Assembly: GCA_905182485.1 (NCBI GenBank) | Contig: CAJJBO010000007.1 | Coordinates: 63,097-127,096 of the forward strand | DNA from: an uncultured Luminiphilus sp. | Lineage (GTDB): Bacteria; Pseudomonadota; Gammaproteobacteria; Pseudomonadales; Halieaceae | Length of the DNA stretch: 64,000 nucleotides | Reading direction: 5' to 3' | Shown here: positions 58,524 to 64,000 of the stretch, in pieces | How positions within the stretch are numbered: position 1 is the stretch's first letter | Layout: every line of letters starts with the position of its first letter | Notes under the pieces: generated by a model | What the model was told of the DNA's origin: nothing | Seen by the model: the letters and a program-made list of their open reading frames with translations, nothing else | The model's database searches: none | Position numbers and translations under genes: made by a program

Positions 58524-59755
58524 TGACCGACGCCGACGACAAAGCTGGCGCAGGTCGTGGTGCTGCCGCCCACATTAAACGTCATCATATTCTCGGCCTT
58601 GGGCAGCTGATACGCCCCTGCTTGACCGGTGACCTGGCGGGCACAGTCCAACAGCATACGAACGCCAGTGGCCCCCACCGGATGACCCAACCCAATCAAA
58701 CCGCCACTCGGATTGATCGGAAAATCGCCATCGCGGGTAATACGACCCTCATCTACGGCTTTCCAACTGTCGCCAGGAGCGGTTAGACCGCTATGGTCAA
58801 TCGCCATATATTCTGTAATCGTAAAACAGTCATGGGTTTCTAAACCGTCAAGGTCGGAAATGCGGTGCATACCGGCCCGGGTTCGCGCATCCGTCAAGGT
58901 TTGCGCCGCATGCGGAAAGATGAGCGGCTGGTCCTTCGACGCTGCGAGCTTGGTCTCTAGCAAAATGGGTGCAGATCGGTGCCCCCATCCTTTAATTCTT
59001 GAGACATCATTCAGCTGCCTGCCTCGAGTCTGGCTGTGGGCCTTTGCGAAGCGTTCGCTGGCGAGAAGGACACAAGCCGCGCCGTCGGTGATTTGACCGC
59101 AATCGAGTTTGCGCACACGGCCCTCGATAGCCGGATTGAGCGCCGGATCATGACCAAAGCTTCCCTCGGCAAACGCCCACTCTCGTGTCTGCGCACGAGG
59201 ATTGTGACGGGCATTGCCAAAATTAATTTCTGCAATGCGGGTCAGAGGGTCATCAGAAATGCCATAACGTGCGTCATATTCTTGAGTGAGACGATCAAAC
59301 AGAAAGGGCCACGGAAAATCACAATCGGTGGCCTCATGGCCTTGCCAAGCCGCTGCACCGAGATAATCCGCGCCAGTGCGGCCATCTACGTTGCGCATTA
59401 ATTCGAGCCCTACCACGCAGGCGACGTCGTAATGACCCGCCTCAATGTCGCGCATCGCAGCGAGAATCGCCATTGAGCCCGATGCGCAAGCGGCTTCATG
59501 GCGAGCGGTTGGTAAGTGCCCTAGCTCGGGATAAACCTGTCCAAAGAAGCCGCCTAGGAGCCCTTGGCGAGTGAAAAGATCGCCCACAAAATTGCCAACA
59601 TGCCCGACCTCGATCTGTGACGGTTCAATGCCGGCATCTTGCACGGCTGTTTGGAGCGTTTCAGAGAACAGATCGTAAATTTCATATCCTTCACGGGTCC
59701 AGTTTCGGGCAAAGTCCGTTTGGCTTCCGCCAAGGATATAAATGGGCTGATGCAT
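58520..59755 (-). CDS. SCP2-type thiolase family acetyl-CoA acetyltransferase
   Basis: EAACASGS, ETHDCF, INPSGGLIGLGHPVGATG, NVGGS. Confidence 0.88.
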   Translation of the reverse strand: MHQPIYILGGSQTDFARNWTREGYEIYDLFSETLQTAVQDAGIEPSQIEVGHVGNFVGDLFTRQGLLGGFFGQVYPELGHLPTARHEAACASGSMAILAAMRDIEAGHYDVACVVGLELMRNVDGRTGADYLGAAAWQGHEATDCDFPWPFLFDRLTQEYDARYGISDDPLTRIAEINFGNARHNPRAQTREWAFAEGSFGHDPALNPAIEGRVRKLDCGQITDGAACVLLASERFAKAHSQTRGRQLNDVSRIKGWGHRSAPILLETKLAASKDQPLIFPHAAQTLTDARTRAGMHRISDLDGLETHDCFTITEYMAIDHSGLTAPGDSWKAVDEGRITRDGDFPINPSGGLIGLGHPVGATGVRMLLDCARQVTGQAGAYQLPKAENMMTFNVGGSTTTCASFVVGVGQ

Positions 59756-60265
59756 CAGAGGTTCTCCTTATCACTATTGCCCAACGCGGGTAGTTCGGTG
59801 CGGATGACTGCGCTTATGGGATCATGAGCTTGTGCCGTGACAAATTGGGTTCGCCGTAACGACGGCCGTCGATGTCCTCTTTTACAGAACGGCACCTTAA
59901 TCAGCGCAGGGGGCGGCTCAAGCGCACTCATCATGCCCGCTCTGTTCCTGGAAAAAATAGTAACTGGATGCGATGGAGGCAATCTCGGTTCGGCAGCCCC
60001 AGCGCACCATACAGAGGCATCTGGGATAGCAGTAAGTTCAAAGGGATTCGTACAGTCGACATGTGTAAGCCATCCAAGGTCATGTTGTGATCCTAGGATG
60101 CACATTGGTGGAGCGCAAGCGCTGGAATGCTTTCCACACGGTGGAATGTTCAAAGGACTCGCGAAAGAGTGACGTAGGCCATGTTAGGGCGTTGCGGAGA
60201 CTTATTTTTTCTTGTTACTCTGATTTTCTATTAACCGCTAGCGAGCATCGCGCGGAGACCTCACT

Positions 60266-61771
60266 ATGAATCAAGCGTTGCGCTTATCGACGTTTCCAGT
60301 GACTGAGGAGTGTATTGGCGGCGTAGCCGATTTCGAGCACACTCAGCCTTGGATTTATGGCATTGATAATCCGTATCTTCACGGAGCTTATGCGCCGACG
60401 ACGCTAGAACTCTCTGAGACCGGTCTGTCCATCGAAGGTGAAATACCCACTGACCTCGTAGGAACCTATTTCCGCAACGGACCGAACCCCATTCACCAGC
60501 CGGGTAATCGATATCATCCCTTTGATGGCGATGGCATGGTCCATGCGGTGTCCTTTTGTGAGGGCGCAGCCAGTTATCGCAATCGATACATTGATACCTT
60601 AGCGCTGACCGCCGAGCGCGCTATGGGGCAGTCAACGTCTAATGGTGTCATGGGTCCCTTTGACTTTGCGACGTCTGAATTCGGTATCAAAGATACGTCC
60701 AATACAGATCTGTTCTATTACGCAGGGAGTTTGATGACGTTGTGGTACAACGCGGGGCATCCTTACCGGCTGGATCCCCATACGCTCGAAACAACGGGCT
60801 ATTTTGAGCTGGAAGGGCGTCCTCAACGCAGGCTGTCGGCGCACTCAAAAGTCGATTGGGCTACCGGTGAACTGTTATTTTTTGATTATGGCGATGAACC
60901 GCCCTATATGACTTACGGCGTGGCTGACCCGTCGGGACAGTTGCGGCATGAGGTGGCCATCGATTTACCCGGCCCGCGTCTACCCCACGACATTGGTTTC
61001 ACACCTAATTACACTATTTTGCATGACCTGCCTTTTTTTCATGATCCCAAAGTACTGCAGCGACATCATTTACGGGTCCTCACGTTCCACCGCGATATTC
61101 CCACCCGTTTCGGGTTAATTCCGCGGCACGGTCGTGGCGAAGACATTCGCTGGTTCGAATGCGAACCTTGTTACATTTTGCACGTGAGTAATAGTTGGGA
61201 AGAGGGCGATTGGGTCGTGATGGATGGGTGTCGGTCTAGAAACCCCATGCCGGCCGCCACTAGTGGTGAGGGCGAACTGTCCCACATGCTCGCCTATATG
61301 CGGCTTGAGGCGAATAATTATCGTTGGCGCTTCAATCTCAGAACGGGAGAGGTCCGCGAGGGCGACATTGATGATCTCAATACCGAATTCAATAAAGCGA
61401 ATCCACTCTATGCAGGCATCAAGGGCCGCTATGCCTACCATCAGCGCATTCCTCTGCTGGAAGAGGGTGGACATACTTTACGGTTTACCGGTTTAGTCAA
61501 ATATGACAATGAGACCGGCTCGCGGCAGCAATGGGATTACGGGTCAGGCGTTTTTGGCAGTGAGGCGGTCTTTGCCCCAAGACAGGGGGCAACAAGAGAG
61601 GACGCCGAGGATGATGGCTATGTCATTACCCTCGTCACTGACTCACAAGACTGGACCTCCCATTGCCTCGTATTTGACGCCGCCGATGTGAGCGCCGGTC
61701 CAGTGGCCCGCATTGGCTTGCCGCAGCGGGTGCCGTCTGGATTCCATGCCAGTTGGGCACCAGGTATCTGA
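60266..61771 (+). CDS. Carotenoid cleavage oxygenase (RPE65/CCO) family protein
   Basis: RNGPNP, HPFDGDGM, and four Fe-ligand His motifs SAHSK, PHDIG, ILHV, GFHA. Confidence 0.9.
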   Translation: MNQALRLSTFPVTEECIGGVADFEHTQPWIYGIDNPYLHGAYAPTTLELSETGLSIEGEIPTDLVGTYFRNGPNPIHQPGNRYHPFDGDGMVHAVSFCEGAASYRNRYIDTLALTAERAMGQSTSNGVMGPFDFATSEFGIKDTSNTDLFYYAGSLMTLWYNAGHPYRLDPHTLETTGYFELEGRPQRRLSAHSKVDWATGELLFFDYGDEPPYMTYGVADPSGQLRHEVAIDLPGPRLPHDIGFTPNYTILHDLPFFHDPKVLQRHHLRVLTFHRDIPTRFGLIPRHGRGEDIRWFECEPCYILHVSNSWEEGDWVVMDGCRSRNPMPAATSGEGELSHMLAYMRLEANNYRWRFNLRTGEVREGDIDDLNTEFNKANPLYAGIKGRYAYHQRIPLLEEGGHTLRFTGLVKYDNETGSRQQWDYGSGVFGSEAVFAPRQGATREDAEDDGYVITLVTDSQDWTSHCLVFDAADVSAGPVARIGLPQRVPSGFHASWAPGI

Positions 61772-61793
61772 CTACCGATGAGTATTGTGACGG

Positions 61794-62408
61794 TTAGATT
61801 TTGATCAATACCAGCATTGCGACCAGCACCATCAAACCCGCCGCGACTTTGTTCAGCATCGCCAAGTGTTTTTCGCTACTTAAAAGTCGACGTAGGCCAC
61901 TCCCGCCGCTTGCGTAAAGACTCATTGATAAAAACTCTGAGGGCAGGATCACACCGAGAAAGACCATTAATTGCTGAGGCACTGCAGTGTCAGATGACAT
62001 GAACCCGGGAAGGAGTGCGATCATAAATCCCCAGCCTTTTGGATTCATCACCGCGGTGGTATACCCCAGTGCCAGCAGTGCGGCTGGTGTCACTCGGGGC
62101 CGCCCTTCGCCTTGCTCAAAGCGCGCCGGTGCCGTCCAGAGACGATACGCCACCCACAATAGATAGGTTCCGCCGATCAGCGCTAGCAGGGTGAAATAGG
62201 CCTTAGGCAGCGCTTGGATCCAGGCGAGTAACAGAACGCAAATGACGACGACGGTAGCTACGCCGGCGAGTTCTCCCCACATCATCCAGAGCGTGTGGCG
62301 GTAGCCCTGCGACAAACCGACCGTAAAGGCCAATGTCATACACATGCCGGGTGTTAGTGAAATAGCGGCAATCGTCGGGATAAAAATCCAGAGCAGGTCA
62401 GTACTCAT
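61794..62408 (-). CDS. LysE/RhtB family translocator
   Basis: SLTPGMCM, GELAG, NPKGW. Confidence 0.88.
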   Translation of the reverse strand: MSTDLLWIFIPTIAAISLTPGMCMTLAFTVGLSQGYRHTLWMMWGELAGVATVVVICVLLLAWIQALPKAYFTLLALIGGTYLLWVAYRLWTAPARFEQGEGRPRVTPAALLALGYTTAVMNPKGWGFMIALLPGFMSSDTAVPQQLMVFLGVILPSEFLSMSLYASGGSGLRRLLSSEKHLAMLNKVAAGLMVLVAMLVLIKI

Positions 62409-62442
62409 GCTTTAGTGCTCGTTATCGAGTTGTCGCGGAGAC

Positions 62443-63132
62443 TCAGTGTCGAGTCGCGTCTACGAGCTGACGATACCCTGCGCCCATCGGTTCGATGACC
62501 GACAGGTCTCGCTCTCGCAACCGCGGTGCAATGGGGTACATACAGGTACACCCTAAAACCACCGCGCTATCGGAGTGGCGTGCGTTGACGCGTTGAATGG
62601 CATCGGTGATCTTATCCAGCGTCGTGATCCCGCAGGCTTGTACCGTCGCCATCGCCTCAAGCGGGCCGGATGAGGTGGCTAGTAGCGTATCGTCAGACAA
62701 GTGCACGATCTCATCGCAGTATTGCGCCAGGTTGCTGTCGGCGAGCATTGCGTCATAAATGAAGCGCATTGCAGGTGGCCACAGCGTTACGATGCTAAAA
62801 CGACTCGCGGATGTTAATGCGTATTGGAGGGCACCTGATCCCGCTCCCATCGCGGGGATCGATAGCACTTGATTGAGTGCATTCAGGCCATAGTCTCCAA
62901 CGGTATTAATGTAGACCGCATCGGCGCCCGCATCAGCCGCCTCAATGCCGGCTGCCAAATAAGCTTGCTCACATATCAGCCGATCATCTGGTGTGAGAGG
63001 AAAAGAGGCTCCCGGTACTGGCAATAAAGTCGTGTCGATGCCACTCACTTGCAGCGGGACTGGCACAGTGGTGTCATCGAGTATTGGGGTTGCATCGCCA
63101 GAACCCAGTACCGCAATTCGGGTTGCGCTCAT
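62443..63132 (-). CDS. Hydantoin racemase / Asp-Glu racemase family protein
   Basis: GADAVYINTVGDYGL, FSIVT, VVLGCTCM, VIEP. Confidence 0.75.
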   Translation of the reverse strand: MSATRIAVLGSGDATPILDDTTVPVPLQVSGIDTTLLPVPGASFPLTPDDRLICEQAYLAAGIEAADAGADAVYINTVGDYGLNALNQVLSIPAMGAGSGALQYALTSASRFSIVTLWPPAMRFIYDAMLADSNLAQYCDEIVHLSDDTLLATSSGPLEAMATVQACGITTLDKITDAIQRVNARHSDSAVVLGCTCMYPIAPRLRERDLSVIEPMGAGYRQLVDATRH

Positions 63133-63406
63133 GCCGCATTTCTCCTCGTGGACACATCTCTGATTGAAAAAGGGCGATGGCCGCTCCTTATCACCACTTA
63201 GAGTCGCACTAGTTGATGAGCAGCCGTTGCTGCCCTTAGCGGCAACGGTATCACAGGGCCATCTAGCACTTGAAACAGAATGTCCTGAGTACCATGGGGA
63301 GTTGTGAGGGGCCGGAGACGCTTGTTGTGACAGCGTTTGAAAACGCGTTTCATGTGACTGGGCAAGCGCAAAGATTTGGGGCGAACGGTTCGTTCGGATC
63401 AGCGTT

Positions 63407-63811
63407 TTAGTGCCTGAAGAGGAGGATCAGCAGTGCCAGCAATTGAACCATATTGATACCGACCGACCATCGATGCAGGCGAGCAAACTGCTGTCCGGCG
63501 TCGGCATCTCCATTGAGTTCAGCGTCGCGGAATTGGTTAATGCGCGGCACCAAAACTTGCCGCACCCAACCAGTAGAGCCGGCGATAATGAAACAGATCG
63601 CGGCAGCCAGTGGCGAAGTCATGGCAAAGCAGAGCCCTGCGACCCCTGCCCCCAGGATGAGTGCTAGGTAGTAACGAGGAAACAAGCGCCGTAAAAACTG
63701 GCCCGCCTCGGCTTCTGGAAGGCTCTGGAACACGGTGGGCGCAATGCCTGCTGCAAAAAACACCATGCTGCCTAAGGTGGCTGCCACAACGTATAACGCA
63801 ATTGTTTCCAC
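63407..63811 (-). CDS. DUF4149 (TMEM205-like) membrane protein
   Basis: FFAAGIAPTVF, FLRRLFPRYY, FARLHRWSV. Confidence 0.8.
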   Translation of the reverse strand: METIALYVVAATLGSMVFFAAGIAPTVFQSLPEAEAGQFLRRLFPRYYLALILGAGVAGLCFAMTSPLAAAICFIIAGSTGWVRQVLVPRINQFRDAELNGDADAGQQFARLHRWSVGINMVQLLALLILLFRH

Positions 63812-63821
63812 TCACCGCTCC

Positions 63822-64000
63822 TTACTTTGATCGTTGCTTGTACTGGGTCGGGCAATAGCCTCGTAACACCGTTGGGTCGCGTCGCTGGGCGTGTTTAGTG
63901 CTGCGACCTGAGACGCGTTGTCGCCAATTACGAAAGGCGCGGGGCTTTAGCTCGGAGCGCATCAAGGTGATCACGGCCGCTTCTGTCAGGCCATAAAGCG
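63822..64000 (-). CDS. TIGR03643/DUF2805 family protein, 5' truncated by window edge
   Basis: Manual translation LYGLTEAAVITLMRSELKPRAFRNWRQRVSGRSTKH...YCPTQYKQRSK*. Confidence 0.7.
   Translation of the reverse strand, partial: LYGLTEAAVITLMRSELKPRAFRNWRQRVSGRSTKHAQRRDPTVLRGYCPTQYKQRSK

Noticed and set aside
59755-60172. Short ORFs on both strands between the thiolase and CCO
   Set aside because: They overlap each other, lack a convincing RBS and have no recognisable domain.
1-64000. rRNA, tRNA, prophage or defence systems
   Set aside because: No such signatures were recognised by eye; tRNAscan-SE and Infernal would be needed to fully exclude small RNAs.

Overview
A 64-kb, gene-dense chromosomal segment of moderate GC, probably from a heterotrophic marine gammaproteobacterium (OM60/NOR5-Halieaceae-like). 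That placement is inferred from gene content (DUF3604, DUF2855, DUF1295, MAPEG, tandem DsbA/HCCA isomerase, TonB receptors), not from a marker gene. I found no rRNA, tRNA, CRISPR or intact mobile element. About ten genes are broken by 1-nt indels, some in homopolymers and most densely in the first 6.5 kb, most likely long-read assembly errors. Most of the window is catabolic. The best candidate for an undescribed system is a dispersed, possibly co-regulated pathway at ~0-8 kb and ~23-42 kb. It comprises: a VOC protein, a LeuCD-like hydratase, CoA transferases, an HMG-CoA-lyase-like enzyme and ALDHs; a TonB receptor with two PepSY-TM proteins; an FAD monooxygenase and a single-Cys maleate isomerase-like enzyme; a Tat-exported flavin amine oxidoreductase with a cytochrome c and a secreted DUF1838 protein; and an operon of Ni transporter, amidohydrolase, CoA transferase, unknown 105-aa protein and His-tailed bicupin. 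Three of its promoter regions share a TGTTATATCA-like box. I hypothesise catabolism of tetrapyrrole (bilin/chlorophyll/heme) breakdown products via substituted maleates, with a Ni-dependent cupin step; this is inference, not demonstrated. Other notable items: an lvaABC-like trio, unannotated small ORFs behind a CsrA-type leader, a TetR-like palindrome shared with a TonB receptor promoter, an actinobacterial-looking tdk, and a carotenoid-oxygenase/thiolase locus. All family assignments come from motif recognition, with no database search.
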